NCBI GenBank assembly: GCA_963843145.1
Contig: CAWJJC010000022.1
Span: 64,001-128,000 of the forward strand
Direction: 5' to 3'
DNA: 64,000 nt
From: an uncultured delta proteobacterium
GTDB taxonomy: Bacteria > Desulfobacterota > RBG-13-43-22
Made by a program: the position numbers and the translations under genes. The notes under the pieces were generated by a model. That model saw nothing but the letters and a program-made list of their open reading frames with translations, was not told the DNA's origin and did no database searches. This document shows positions 29,764 through 39,545 of this stretch, piece after piece. Positions within the stretch are counted from its first letter, which is position 1, and each line of letters opens with the position of its first letter.

Positions 29764-30282
29764 ATGGCGATTCAGATAATAATTGACGGGTATAATTTAA
29801 TCCGGCTTTACCCGCCCCTGGCCCGGGCAGAGCAGCAAAACTTTTCGGAGGGGCGGGAAAAATTGCTTCGCTGGTTGGAGGAGTACCGGCGAACAAAGCC
29901 ACTCTCTTTGACAGTGGTTTTTGACGGTGGCCAAGGCGGGGGATTGAAGGAAGAACATGACCGCTATAAGGGAATAAAAATAACCTATTCCCCTTTGGGG
30001 GTGACGGCCGACGATATCATAAAACGGTTGGTCAGGAAAAATTCCGCTCAGATCCTGGTGGTAACTTCCGACCTGGAATTAGCCAATTACTGCCAGTCTC
30101 AAGGGGCCGGGGCCATGGGGTCTCTGGAATTTGCGTCCCGGGTGAACGCCAAATTGGAAGAGGAGGATGATTTTCCAGATAAAGAGGAGGAGGAAAACCT
30201 AAATCCCAGGAAAAAGAAGGGTGTATCTCATCGAATCTCCAAGCGAAAGAAACGGGAGACGCGCTTGTGGGAGAAGATTTAG
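29764..30282 (+). CDS. NYN-domain (YacP-like) RNase
   Basis: IIDGYNL, VVFDG, TADDII, VVTSD. Confidence 0.88.
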   Translation: MAIQIIIDGYNLIRLYPPLARAEQQNFSEGREKLLRWLEEYRRTKPLSLTVVFDGGQGGGLKEEHDRYKGIKITYSPLGVTADDIIKRLVRKNSAQILVVTSDLELANYCQSQGAGAMGSLEFASRVNAKLEEEDDFPDKEEEENLNPRKKKGVSHRISKRKKRETRLWEKI

Positions 30283-30347
30283 CCAAAAAAATTAGATTTT
30301 TACATCCGTTGCTAGAGACAAATTCTCAGAACAATGGATGTAAAAAT

Positions 30348-30953
30348 CTAATTTTTCCAGGATTTCTCTTCCCCTCGAATGATTCTTTTGATGTTCTCGT
30401 GGTGTTTGAGGATGATGCCTAAGGCAATGAAGAGGGAAAGAACCACGGTTTCGGTCGGGTAGTGTAACCACCAGAGAAAAACCGGAAAGGAGACGGCCGA
30501 TACCATTGAACCCAAGGACACGAATTTCCCGAAGTAGGTAGTAACCAGAAAGATCGGAATGGCCAGCAGCACAACCAGAGGGCTGAATATCAGGAAAATG
30601 CCTAAGGCGGTTGCCACGCCTTTTCCCCCCTTGAAGCCCAGGTAGACCGGAAAACAATGCCCCAAAAAGGCCCCAAAAGCAATCATGGCCAAGGGGTATC
30701 CGCCAGAGCTGGAAAAACCGCTTAATCCCCATTGTCCGATCCAAACCGCGATCATCCCTTTTAATACGTCGCCCAGGAGAGTTAGAATACCCCATTTTTT
30801 ACCCATTACCCGGGAGACGTTGGTGGCTCCGATATTCCTGCTGCCCTGCCGCTGAAGATCTCCTTGACCAAAGAGACTTGATAAAATTACACCGGTCGGT
30901 ATCGCACCGATCAGGTAAGCGATTACAAATAACAAGGATAGGTAGAGTATCAT
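30348..30953 (-). CDS. plsY: Glycerol-3-phosphate acyltransferase
   Basis: GSRNIGATN, GHCFPVYLGFKGGKGVAT, HHENIKR. Confidence 0.96.
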   Translation of the reverse strand: MILYLSLLFVIAYLIGAIPTGVILSSLFGQGDLQRQGSRNIGATNVSRVMGKKWGILTLLGDVLKGMIAVWIGQWGLSGFSSSGGYPLAMIAFGAFLGHCFPVYLGFKGGKGVATALGIFLIFSPLVVLLAIPIFLVTTYFGKFVSLGSMVSAVSFPVFLWWLHYPTETVVLSLFIALGIILKHHENIKRIIRGEEKSWKN

Positions 30954-30974
30954 AAGGCCCTATGGTTATTAAGA

Positions 30975-31886
30975 TTATTTAATTAACTTGGATAGGGAGA
31001 CGATTTCCACCCTGCTTTTAATCGAAGGGAGCTGCTCTCTCATAACCTGCAATAACAGAGGATAAGGATGGCCAGAGCCTACCGCGAACTCTCGGGTCTG
31101 GGCCAAACGGATCAGTTTTTCCAATTGCTGGCGAATAGGACCCTCGGCGATTTCGTTATCCAGGAAGACATTTCTCTGGAGATACTTTACTCCTAAGTCT
31201 TTGGCCAAGGAGGGAACCACCGATTGGGGAGTGGTAAGGCTGTCCAAAAAAAATAGATTTCTTTTCTTTAGAGATTCTAAAACTACCGCCATCTTTTCCC
31301 GGTTTTCAGTAAAACGGGAGCCCATATGATTATTAGCCCCCGGAACAAAAGGAAACTCTTTAAAATCATTATCGACAATATGCATGATCTCGGCTGCGCT
31401 CATAGAAAGCAGCAGCGCCCCCGGACCCGGATTGGTTCTGGGGTAGTCAAGGGGTTCCATCGGTAAATGTAATATAATTTCCTTGCCCTTTTCCCGGGCT
31501 AAAAGGGCCATTTCTTTGGCGTGAGGGGCCTGAGGCAAAAAGGAAAGCGTCAAAGGGGCCTGAAGATCGATAAATTCCTGGGCTATATGCCTATCATATC
31601 CTAAGTCATCGATTACTATAGCTATTTTGTGTAGTTCGGGAATTGGTTTAAGCACGGTCTCCTGCTTCGAAAGGGGGGCTTGAGGCACGAATATATCTTT
31701 GGGAGGCTGCGGTTCCATGGCTTCGTAAGGAAGTTCTGGAACCATCCTTGAAGTTAGATAGTTTTTCCAGAAATAATAACCTCCAATAGTGGAAAGAAGC
31801 AGGGTAAGCCCAAAAAGGAGAAGGATTCCCTGGTATAAGGGAATCCTTCTTTTTTTTTCGGGAGAGGTTTTGTTTTTCGGGGGCAC
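30975..31886 (-). CDS. Divergent polysaccharide deacetylase (YibQ family)
   Basis: AIVIDDLG, LHLPMEP, NNHMGS, FFLDSLT, VFLDN. Confidence 0.92.
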   Translation of the reverse strand: MPPKNKTSPEKKRRIPLYQGILLLFGLTLLLSTIGGYYFWKNYLTSRMVPELPYEAMEPQPPKDIFVPQAPLSKQETVLKPIPELHKIAIVIDDLGYDRHIAQEFIDLQAPLTLSFLPQAPHAKEMALLAREKGKEIILHLPMEPLDYPRTNPGPGALLLSMSAAEIMHIVDNDFKEFPFVPGANNHMGSRFTENREKMAVVLESLKKRNLFFLDSLTTPQSVVPSLAKDLGVKYLQRNVFLDNEIAEGPIRQQLEKLIRLAQTREFAVGSGHPYPLLLQVMREQLPSIKSRVEIVSLSKLIK

Positions 31887-31894
31887 CGGGGGCT

Positions 31895-33238
31895 TTAAGG
31901 GGCAGCCGACTTAAAGACCTGAGAAAACACACCCCAACTTTTTAATAAATGCAAAGCACTAGCCAATTGGGGGTCGTCAGCCTCTTCCTCTTCTGGGGTC
32001 TTTTTACTTTCCGGCGGAAGAATCTCTTTGCCATTGGCGGGACCTTTTGGTTTTACTTCTTCTTCCATATGCCGTTCCAGGTCTTTTTCCCGCAACATCC
32101 GTGGTTCCTTTTCTGCGGGTTCGCCCTTTTTCAGGGGCTTCCCTTTCACCAGGATATCCGGAATGATCCCTTTGGCCTGAATGGACCGCCCGTTGGGGGT
32201 ATAGTAACGTGCGGTGGTCAGTTTTAGGCCGGACCCGTCGTCCAGGGGAATGATCGTCTGGACCGAACCCTTGCCAAACGTGGGCGTACCTAAAATAATG
32301 GCCCTTTTTTGGTCTTGAAGTGCTCCGGCGACAATCTCGGAGGCGCTGGCGCTGCCCCCATTGACCAAGACCACCATCGGGTATTTTTGGGGGGTTTTAT
32401 TAGGATGCGCGTTGAACTTTAAGTTTTGATCTTTGAGCCGCCCTTGGGTATAAACAATCAATCCGGATTCCAGAAATTCATCGGCTATCTTCACTGCTTC
32501 GTTCAATAGGCCGCCCGGATCGTTTCTCAAATCCAAAATCAACCCCTTCAATCCCCCTGGAGCGGCTTCCAACTTTTTTAAGGCCGCCTGGAAATCTTCG
32601 GTGGTTTTATCCTGAAAGGTGCTAATCCGGATATAACCAAAATTTTCTTCCAAGCTTTTGGATTTAACGCTTTTTATGGGGATGACTTCCCGGGTGATAC
32701 TATATTTTTTGGTTTCTTTTTCGCCTTCGTGCAAGATGGTTAGATTAACTTTTGTTCCTCTTGTTCCCCGGATCAAACGGACCGCCTCGGTCAAACTCAT
32801 ATTCTTGGAGGATTTTTCGTTGATCTGAAGAATTTTATCGCCGGCCCGCAATCCGGCTTTATCCGCCGGGGTTCCTTCGATGGGTGAAACCACGGTGAGG
32901 ATACCATCTTTCAAAGTGATTTCAATTCCGATGCCGCTGAAGATCCCGGTGGTTTCAATTTCCAGTTCTTTAAATTCCTCCGGGGTCAAAAAGGCCGAAT
33001 GGGGATCCAGAGTGTTGACCATCCCTTTGATGGCGCCATAAATCAGATCCTTGGAGTCCTTTTCCTCCACATATTTTTTTTGAATTTCCGAAAGGGCCTC
33101 GCCAAAAATTTTGATTTTCTGGAAGGTCTTGTCCGAATCCGCGGCAACGATCGGATCTCCATGTTGGTCGATGAAAACGAAAAAAGTAAGGAGCACGAGA
33201 ATCAGACTGGCATATTTAATCTTGGCCGTTTTAGACAT
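31895..33238 (-). CDS. ctpA: Carboxy-terminal processing protease (S41)
   Basis: LDPHS, DLRNDPGGLL, SASASEIVAGALQD, TFGKGSVQ. Confidence 0.94.
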   Translation of the reverse strand: MSKTAKIKYASLILVLLTFFVFIDQHGDPIVAADSDKTFQKIKIFGEALSEIQKKYVEEKDSKDLIYGAIKGMVNTLDPHSAFLTPEEFKELEIETTGIFSGIGIEITLKDGILTVVSPIEGTPADKAGLRAGDKILQINEKSSKNMSLTEAVRLIRGTRGTKVNLTILHEGEKETKKYSITREVIPIKSVKSKSLEENFGYIRISTFQDKTTEDFQAALKKLEAAPGGLKGLILDLRNDPGGLLNEAVKIADEFLESGLIVYTQGRLKDQNLKFNAHPNKTPQKYPMVVLVNGGSASASEIVAGALQDQKRAIILGTPTFGKGSVQTIIPLDDGSGLKLTTARYYTPNGRSIQAKGIIPDILVKGKPLKKGEPAEKEPRMLREKDLERHMEEEVKPKGPANGKEILPPESKKTPEEEEADDPQLASALHLLKSWGVFSQVFKSAAP

Positions 33239-33270
33239 AAATCCCCCAGGAAATAAGATAAGGTTAAATT

Positions 33271-33436
33271 AAGTTTGACGGACTCACAAAAAGTCCGCCC
33301 CGCCAAAGGCGGGGTTAAGCCCCGGTCTGAGGTAGGGGTGGAACCATTGGATTTCACTTCCAATGGCGGGGGAGGGGAAGCCATCCCCCGCCGAACAGAA
33401 AGTCGTTTTTTTGACTTTTTGCGAGGTTATCAACTT
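33271..33436. mobile_element. MITE-like element with imperfect terminal inverted repeats
   Basis: TTGACGGACTCACAAAAAGTC (33275-33295) and GACTTTTTGCGAGGTTATCAA (33413-33433), with internal GC hairpins. Confidence 0.7.
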
Positions 33437-34791
33437 CATTGACTTCCCATCGCCTTCTGCAGTCTGGCATCACCAATCTGAAACCCATATAAGGCGCGGT
33501 AATAATTCACTTTGGCCTGGGTCAGCAGAGTCTGGGCGTCAAACAATTCCAAGGTCGTGGCCACTTGTTCACGGAAGCGGACCTCACTGATTCGAAAGTT
33601 CTCTTCGGCCTGCTCGATAGCTTTGAGAGCCACGCCGATATTTTTTTCCGATTCTTTCAGGTTAATATAGGCTTCCTGCACTTCCAATTGAACGGAGTCC
33701 TGGACCTGGGTTAAGGCGGCCTTCACCTGCTCCCGCTCCCTGATTTTTTCTTGAACCAGATAATGGGTCCGACCCCATTCCCAGAAATTCCACTTTATCC
33801 CGGCACTGATTTCAAAATTATCGGCATAGGTAAAATCGTTGCCGGAGACGTTGGGGGTGTCGCCCTCTTTCTTGTATCGGCTTTGTAAATAGACCTGGGG
33901 GTAGTATTCACTCCGGGCTAATTGGATATTCTTTTGGGCTATTTCCAGTTGGGTATTCACTTCCTTTACTTCCGGACGTTTTTGCAGGGCCTCCTGCTGG
34001 CATTCGCTCAATCTCTTTTCATAGGGTTCGTACTGCTGGATATCTTGAACCGACACCCGTTGCTCCAAGGGCAGTCGTAAAAGGGTATTTAATTGAGATT
34101 GGCTCAATAAGACCAGATTCTCCGCCCGGACCAGCTTTTGCCGGGCATCGGCTAACTCGACTTCGGATTTCAACAAGTCATTTAAAGGGATCAGGCCTAC
34201 TTGAAAATAGTCCTGAGCGATGCGGACATTATCCGCGATTTGAAGGACTGTTTTCTCGGCCACCAGTTTGAGTTGCTGGTTTCCCAGCAGGTTAAAATAG
34301 GCTTCCTTGACGCGCAGGGCTAATTGGAGTTGCTCCTGCTGAAATTTTACTTTTGAGAGATCCACTCCCAATTGGGCCAAGTCATAGTTGGTAATCAGCG
34401 CCAGACCGGTAAAAATCGGCTGCTCCAAGGTGATATTGAAACTATAATTGTCTTGGGTGCCGACGGCAAAGGTGCTTTCCGGTATGGTAAACACCCCAAA
34501 GTCCTGGGCCGGGATTTTGGCCTTGGGGGGATTGTCAACATAACTATAATTATATTGGCTACTTAGCTTAGGAAAAAATCCTGTTTGCGCCCTTTTCTTT
34601 TTATAGGCAGCCGATTGGATGGCTTCTTTGGAAGCTTGCAGGGTTGGACTGACCTCAAAAGCCCGGGCGATAGCTTCTGTCAGGGTCCAGGTTTTCAAGG
34701 AGGTCTCCGAGGCCGGGGCGACTCCGGTCAAGCAGGCCAGGAGCAATCCCGGGATGAGGACCCGAAAAGACCATGTAATCAAAGGCAGCAT
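33436..34791 (-). CDS. TolC family outer membrane protein
   Basis: Signal peptide, two OEP repeats (FFPKLS, LEQPIFTG, VKEAYF, YYPQV). Confidence 0.9.
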   Translation of the reverse strand: MLPLITWSFRVLIPGLLLACLTGVAPASETSLKTWTLTEAIARAFEVSPTLQASKEAIQSAAYKKKRAQTGFFPKLSSQYNYSYVDNPPKAKIPAQDFGVFTIPESTFAVGTQDNYSFNITLEQPIFTGLALITNYDLAQLGVDLSKVKFQQEQLQLALRVKEAYFNLLGNQQLKLVAEKTVLQIADNVRIAQDYFQVGLIPLNDLLKSEVELADARQKLVRAENLVLLSQSQLNTLLRLPLEQRVSVQDIQQYEPYEKRLSECQQEALQKRPEVKEVNTQLEIAQKNIQLARSEYYPQVYLQSRYKKEGDTPNVSGNDFTYADNFEISAGIKWNFWEWGRTHYLVQEKIREREQVKAALTQVQDSVQLEVQEAYINLKESEKNIGVALKAIEQAEENFRISEVRFREQVATTLELFDAQTLLTQAKVNYYRALYGFQIGDARLQKAMGSQ

Positions 34792-34923
34792 AAATCCAGG
34801 ATCGTTTTTCTATTTATATCTAAAAAAGCATTATAATCCGAATCAGGTTAAGTCAAGTGAAAAAGCAGGGAATATCTTTATTTATTTAAAATAGTTGTCG
34901 AGGACTTGGCCGGTGGGGGAAAA

Positions 34924-34956
34924 GTGGGGAACCTTGTCGATGACAGGGTTCCCCAC
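34924..34956 (-). terminator. Hairpin downstream of lsrF
   Basis: GTGGGGAACCTTGTC-GAT-GACAGGGTTCCCCAC. Confidence 0.6.
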
Positions 34957-34992
34957 CGTTTGAACCAGCGGTATCTGAGAGAGATCCGGTGA

Positions 34993-35778
34993 TTAACCCG
35001 AATGCTTCACCGTATTAAACAATTCCAGGGCTTGCCGGGGGGTCGCTTTTTCGTGGACTACGGCCCGAACGGCCTGGATCATGGCCTTGGGGTTCTCGGA
35101 TTGAAAGATGTTCCGCCCCATATCCACGCCCACGGCCCCCCGTTGCACGGCATTGTAAGCCAACTCCAGCGCCTCGGGTTCAGGCAGTTTCTTACCACCG
35201 GCGATCACCACCGGGACCGGGCAACTGTTGACCAATTTGTCGAAATCTTCGCAATAATATGTTTTTATCAAATGGGCGCCCAGTTCAGCCGCTATTCGCG
35301 AAGCCAGGCTTAAATAGCGGACATCCCTGCCCATTTCCTTGCCGACGGCTGTGACGGCCAAAATGGGAATTCCGTATTTTTCCCCTTCATTAATCAGGTT
35401 GGACAGGGAGACCAAGGTCTGTTTTTCATATTCCGCACCGATAAAAATGGACAGGGCCAGGCCGGAAGCATTCAGCCGGATGGCGTCTTCCATAGATAGG
35501 GTGATTTCTTCATTGGACAGCTCTTTCAGGACGCTGGAGCCACCCGAGACCCTCAGGACGATAGGAACCTGGACTTCCTCGGGGATCGAACTCCTTAACA
35601 TCCCCCGGTTAAGCATCAGGCAATCCGCATAGGGAATCAACGGAACAATGGTTTCACCGGGCTTTTCCAGGCCTGAAGTAGGCCCTAAAAAATAACCATG
35701 GTCCACGGCCAGCATTACGGTCCGGCCGGTATCCGGTCTGATAATCTTCGCCAGACGATTTTTCATGCCCCAATCCAC
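34993..35778 (-). CDS. lsrF: LsrF-like class I aldolase/thiolase
   Basis: (M)DWGMKNRL, MLAVDHGYFLGPT, KTYYC, IAGGKK, GVDMGRNIFQ; GTG start with SD GGAGG. Confidence 0.88.
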   Translation of the reverse strand: MDWGMKNRLAKIIRPDTGRTVMLAVDHGYFLGPTSGLEKPGETIVPLIPYADCLMLNRGMLRSSIPEEVQVPIVLRVSGGSSVLKELSNEEITLSMEDAIRLNASGLALSIFIGAEYEKQTLVSLSNLINEGEKYGIPILAVTAVGKEMGRDVRYLSLASRIAAELGAHLIKTYYCEDFDKLVNSCPVPVVIAGGKKLPEPEALELAYNAVQRGAVGVDMGRNIFQSENPKAMIQAVRAVVHEKATPRQALELFNTVKHSG

Positions 35779-35919
35779 GATAATCTTCCTCCTTCCGAGT
35801 CTGATATATTGATCAAATGAACAACAGACCAATGTCCGGGCCACCCCGGATTTTGACTGAAATTACTTAGGTATCTTTGCAATTTAACAGCGCCGCCCCT
35901 ACAAAACAAGGGATTTTTT

Positions 35920-36948
35920 TCATTTTTGCGGTTCAATAATGACTTTTAGGGAGGTATCGCCTTCGACCACCAAACGAAACCCTTCCTGGGTCTGGGCTAA
36001 AGGGTAGCGGTGGGTGATCAACCGGTCCAGATCCAGGATACCGGCCTGGATGAGTTGGCTGGCCCGCCAGTGGTCGGCCGGGCTGCCGGCGTAGGAGGTG
36101 GTCAGGGTGATGTCGTTTCGGAAAAAAAGATCATTGATGGACAGCGGGATGGTCACCCCCTGGTCGGTGGGGGCAAAAAAAAGAACCGTTCCTCCACGTT
36201 CCACGGAGCCCAGGGCCTGAAGCTGGGCCTGCCGAGCACCGGTGCAGACCAGAACCCGGTCGGCCAAAAAACCGCCGTTAACTTCCTGAAGCAAGGATGG
36301 TATGAAGTGGTCGGCGGGGAAAACGAAATCGGCCCCCAGTTGTCTGGCTGCCTCCAGACGGAAGGAACTGAGATCAGTGGCCACAATCCGACCGGCTCCC
36401 AATGATCGGGCCAGTTGAATATGAAGCAAACCGGCAAGGCCGCTTCCCAGGACCAAGACTGTCTGCCCGGGACCGATCCGGGCGATCTGCTGGGCCCTTA
36501 ACACGCAGGCCAGGGGCTCGATGAAGGTGGCGGCCTCATAGGACAGGCCTTCCGGCAGCCGATAGATCCCGCGGTCGACGTTGATGGCCGGGAGACGGAC
36601 ATATTCGGCGAATCCTCCGGGGTAGAAGTTGGTTCGGCGCAAGGTGTCGCAAACGGTCGGATGACCGCTCAGGCAATAAGGACAGGTATTGCAGGGCACG
36701 TGATGGGAGGCGGCTACCCGGTCCCCGGGGTGGTATTTCTCGACTTGGGCACCCACTTCCACAATTTCGCCGCCGATTTCATGCCCCAGGACCAGGGGGG
36801 CCTTGTGAAGGCGATACCATTCCATCACGTCGCTGCCGCAGATCCCGCTGGCTTCAATGCGTATCAGGATCTCCTCGGGTCCGATTTCCGGTCGGGGCAG
36901 CTCTTCGATCCGGATATCCCGATTGTTATAGTACATGGCTACACGCAT
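35920..36948 (-). CDS. Zinc-dependent alcohol/sugar dehydrogenase
   Basis: GICGSD, GHE, CNTCPYC..C, GSGLAG. Confidence 0.92.
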   Translation of the reverse strand: MRVAMYYNNRDIRIEELPRPEIGPEEILIRIEASGICGSDVMEWYRLHKAPLVLGHEIGGEIVEVGAQVEKYHPGDRVAASHHVPCNTCPYCLSGHPTVCDTLRRTNFYPGGFAEYVRLPAINVDRGIYRLPEGLSYEAATFIEPLACVLRAQQIARIGPGQTVLVLGSGLAGLLHIQLARSLGAGRIVATDLSSFRLEAARQLGADFVFPADHFIPSLLQEVNGGFLADRVLVCTGARQAQLQALGSVERGGTVLFFAPTDQGVTIPLSINDLFFRNDITLTTSYAGSPADHWRASQLIQAGILDLDRLITHRYPLAQTQEGFRLVVEGDTSLKVIIEPQK

Positions 36949-37153
36949 ACTTGGCTCCTGAAACCCTTCTGAGGGAGGGAAATTTAATTTTTCCCATATT
37001 ACGAATGGAGGTCAATAATATCCAGAAAAAAGGAAAACTTTCAACAGGCAGAAGCAGGAATTAATTAGGAGACATTCTTAGATTTCGGGAACGGGGAGAA
37101 GCAGCCGAGAAGGCAAGGACATCATTTAGGTCAGAAATTCACTCTATACCTTC

Positions 37154-37759
37154 TTAATTTCTTGCCACCTCTTCCTGAAAACGACAAAAATGGATTGAAA
37201 GTTTAAAGACAAATAAATAAAAACCAAAACGGCTTAAAGTGAAGACCTTAGAGTTTTCATTTTCTAGGTCTAATACTTTTGAAGGCATTGTATAAAGTTG
37301 ATCAAATAGGGCTATATAATCTTCTGGCAGGTAACTATCAGCCGGCAGGAAAAAAATACTGGTGATTCTCTGCTTCTTGATAGATTCAACCTTATTTTCA
37401 ATTTCTGGATCCTTAATTTTTTCTTTTTTGAGCAAAGCCACATACCCGGAAAGAGGAATAAGCGGAGCGAAGGTTATTTGAATTGGCAAGTCACGCTTAT
37501 TATTCGGTGAAACATCACAACTATTGGATAAAATAATTCCTAAAATTAATGCCTTATCTCCAGAATCAAAATTACGAATTTGTAATTTTTTCCAACCGTC
37601 GCCCTGTAACATTTTATCTTGGAAGTTGTTTGAAAAATAATTTGTTTTTATGGTTGAATTATTGATGAAGGCGTTTAATTCCTTTAAAAGCCCGTCTTTC
37701 TGGCCTTGGGTAAGATAGTAAGGAATTTGATCTCTAAAAGACTCAGATGTTATTTCCAT
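37154..37759 (-). CDS. Hypothetical protein, possibly PemK/MazF-like fold
   Basis: LQGD...GIILSNSCD...ITFAPL pattern; AT-rich. Confidence 0.6.
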   Translation of the reverse strand: MEITSESFRDQIPYYLTQGQKDGLLKELNAFINNSTIKTNYFSNNFQDKMLQGDGWKKLQIRNFDSGDKALILGIILSNSCDVSPNNKRDLPIQITFAPLIPLSGYVALLKKEKIKDPEIENKVESIKKQRITSIFFLPADSYLPEDYIALFDQLYTMPSKVLDLENENSKVFTLSRFGFYLFVFKLSIHFCRFQEEVARN

Positions 37760-37768
37760 AGTACCACT

Positions 37769-38116
37769 TCAGGTGCGAACGAGCAGATCCCAAAGATTAT
37801 CGAACAATACTTGTTCGAATTCTTTTCCAAGCGGCTCTTGCTTTGCTAAAAGTTGCGCGTAGAAGGAGGCTAATTTATCCTCAAAGCTAAGGTCCAAACT
37901 CTCATACTCTCCGGTAAATTGGTTGGAATATTGTCCAAATGTTCTTGAACTTTTTTCTATTTTGACGGGAGAGCGAACAAGGGATGCTATATCATTCTTT
38001 GAATTCGGCCCATCACCTAATATAGGTCCAAAGGATCCAAGAAGGAGACCCGCTCCTATAATTATCGCAATGGCTCCTGAGGTGTTTGTCTCCTGATTGA
38101 TAGTATAGTCATTCAT
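37769..38116 (-). CDS. Small hypothetical protein with hydrophobic segment
   Basis: MNDYTINQ start overlaps the upstream gene end; GAIAIIIGAGLLLGSFG; acidic C-terminus. Confidence 0.7.
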   Translation of the reverse strand: MNDYTINQETNTSGAIAIIIGAGLLLGSFGPILGDGPNSKNDIASLVRSPVKIEKSSRTFGQYSNQFTGEYESLDLSFEDKLASFYAQLLAKQEPLGKEFEQVLFDNLWDLLVRT

Positions 38117-38861
38117 AGACTGCCTCCAAATAAGCAAGGGTTTCTGGTTTTAGGCAATCGAAAAACGTTTTCTCGGTTTCATTATGTATTTGATCCAAGC
38201 GATCAATAAATTCCACCATAAATTCGCTCAAATCACTTGTTTGATAATTACAAACAGTATCTATGGCAACCAACACGCCTTTTCGCTCTTGGGCATTCGG
38301 TATTTTAGCTGAAGCTGGGGCAGCTATTTGTATAGCATTTATAAAATTTTCGTGCGGGATTTCGACACGAACGGTAAAATTTTCTTCCTTCAGTCTATGG
38401 GTGCCGATCAAAATATCTAAGGCGACCCTCTCGATTTGTTTAGCCAAATCTTCGCCTTCTATTATATCGACATATTTTATTGAATACCGTTCCACATTTT
38501 GAACAATATCACTATCAATAAGAATCCTAATAACTTCTACAATTTTTTCCCTAAAGTTTGTCCACCCTGGGTATGGGACAGTACATGCGATTCCAAGAGT
38601 TTTGTCCCCTATTAGAATAATAAAATTATCCCAATTTATTTTCATTAAGGGTTGATATCGCAAATTGGGATCGATATCTCTAATTTGGGGAGGAACTTGA
38701 GCAATAGGGAGAGGTTCGACGACTGTTTTTGCACCCAATTTAGCAAAGAAGAAGCCGGGGAGAACACTAGATGCCGCAAGTGCCGCAGAAAAACGAATCT
38801 CAAAAACTGCCTCGATTAGCGGTTCTTTTTTCAGTTTTTTTGGAAGCGCTTGATTTGTCAT
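38109..38861 (-). CDS. TIGR04255 family protein
   Basis: PKKLKKEPLIEAVFEIRF, PYPGWTNF, RYSIKYVD, ET.KTFF.L. Confidence 0.8.
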   Translation of the reverse strand: MTNQALPKKLKKEPLIEAVFEIRFSAALAASSVLPGFFFAKLGAKTVVEPLPIAQVPPQIRDIDPNLRYQPLMKINWDNFIILIGDKTLGIACTVPYPGWTNFREKIVEVIRILIDSDIVQNVERYSIKYVDIIEGEDLAKQIERVALDILIGTHRLKEENFTVRVEIPHENFINAIQIAAPASAKIPNAQERKGVLVAIDTVCNYQTSDLSEFMVEFIDRLDQIHNETEKTFFDCLKPETLAYLEAVYE

Positions 38862-39151
38862 TTCTTCCCCTCTATCGAACCCGCATAGAGTGGTCGGAAA
38901 GGTAATATAATCATCTTACGAATTAATTTAAAGTCAATTCTCGAAATACCTTAGCCTCGCGGTAACCGACCATTTTTTAAATATATCAGAAAATGGCCAG
39001 GTAAGCATTAAATTTTCGGTAATTATACTTGCTAAAATATAGTTTGCAACTAGAAAAACCAATTGGAATCGCCGAATTTTTTTGTAATTATCCCAAGATA
39101 ATACAACAGTTTTTGTTTAGAGGCTTGGGCACCTCCTTCCCCCTCAAAGGG

Positions 39152-39285
39152 GGTCCAGACTATGCCCGCCAGTGTGATACTCGGGGTGGTAGATTCAGGT
39201 CCTGACGGTTCGAGAATTCGAAGCGGTCCGTCCCGGCTCCCCTCAGTGACCTGACCATCCGGGCTTAGGACCATTCCTTTTTTTT
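39152..39285 (+). other. Candidate structured non-coding RNA (nested rod followed by T8)
   Basis: Six nested complementary segments; see findings. Strand inferred from the T-tract only. Confidence 0.4.
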
Positions 39286-39545
39286 GATTTTTTCGTGCAG
39301 GGCCTCTTTTTGCAGCCCTTGGGTTTGTTCCCATTGATGGAGCAGGTTTGTCGGGACTTCAACCAAAAAATACCCGGGCCTGATCTGGCAGGTCTCCGGT
39401 TCCTCGTCCCAGTCATAGCGGTTGGTGCTGTCCAGATCGAAAGGCGTTCCCCGAAAGGCCCCGGTCAGGGGAGAAATCCGGGAGAAGATATGGCGGTCCA
39501 GAACACCGAGGCAATTCGGTATGGCATGAGGGCTGATGCAGCGAA

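Noticed and set aside
33300-33400. Possible tRNA-Sec or other tRNA
   Set aside because: No cloverleaf, T-loop GTTCGA or CCA end; the hairpins lie within the MITE-like termini.
39190-39225. SRP RNA (TCAGGTCC...)
   Set aside because: The conserved GGAA tetraloop and AGCAG motif are absent.
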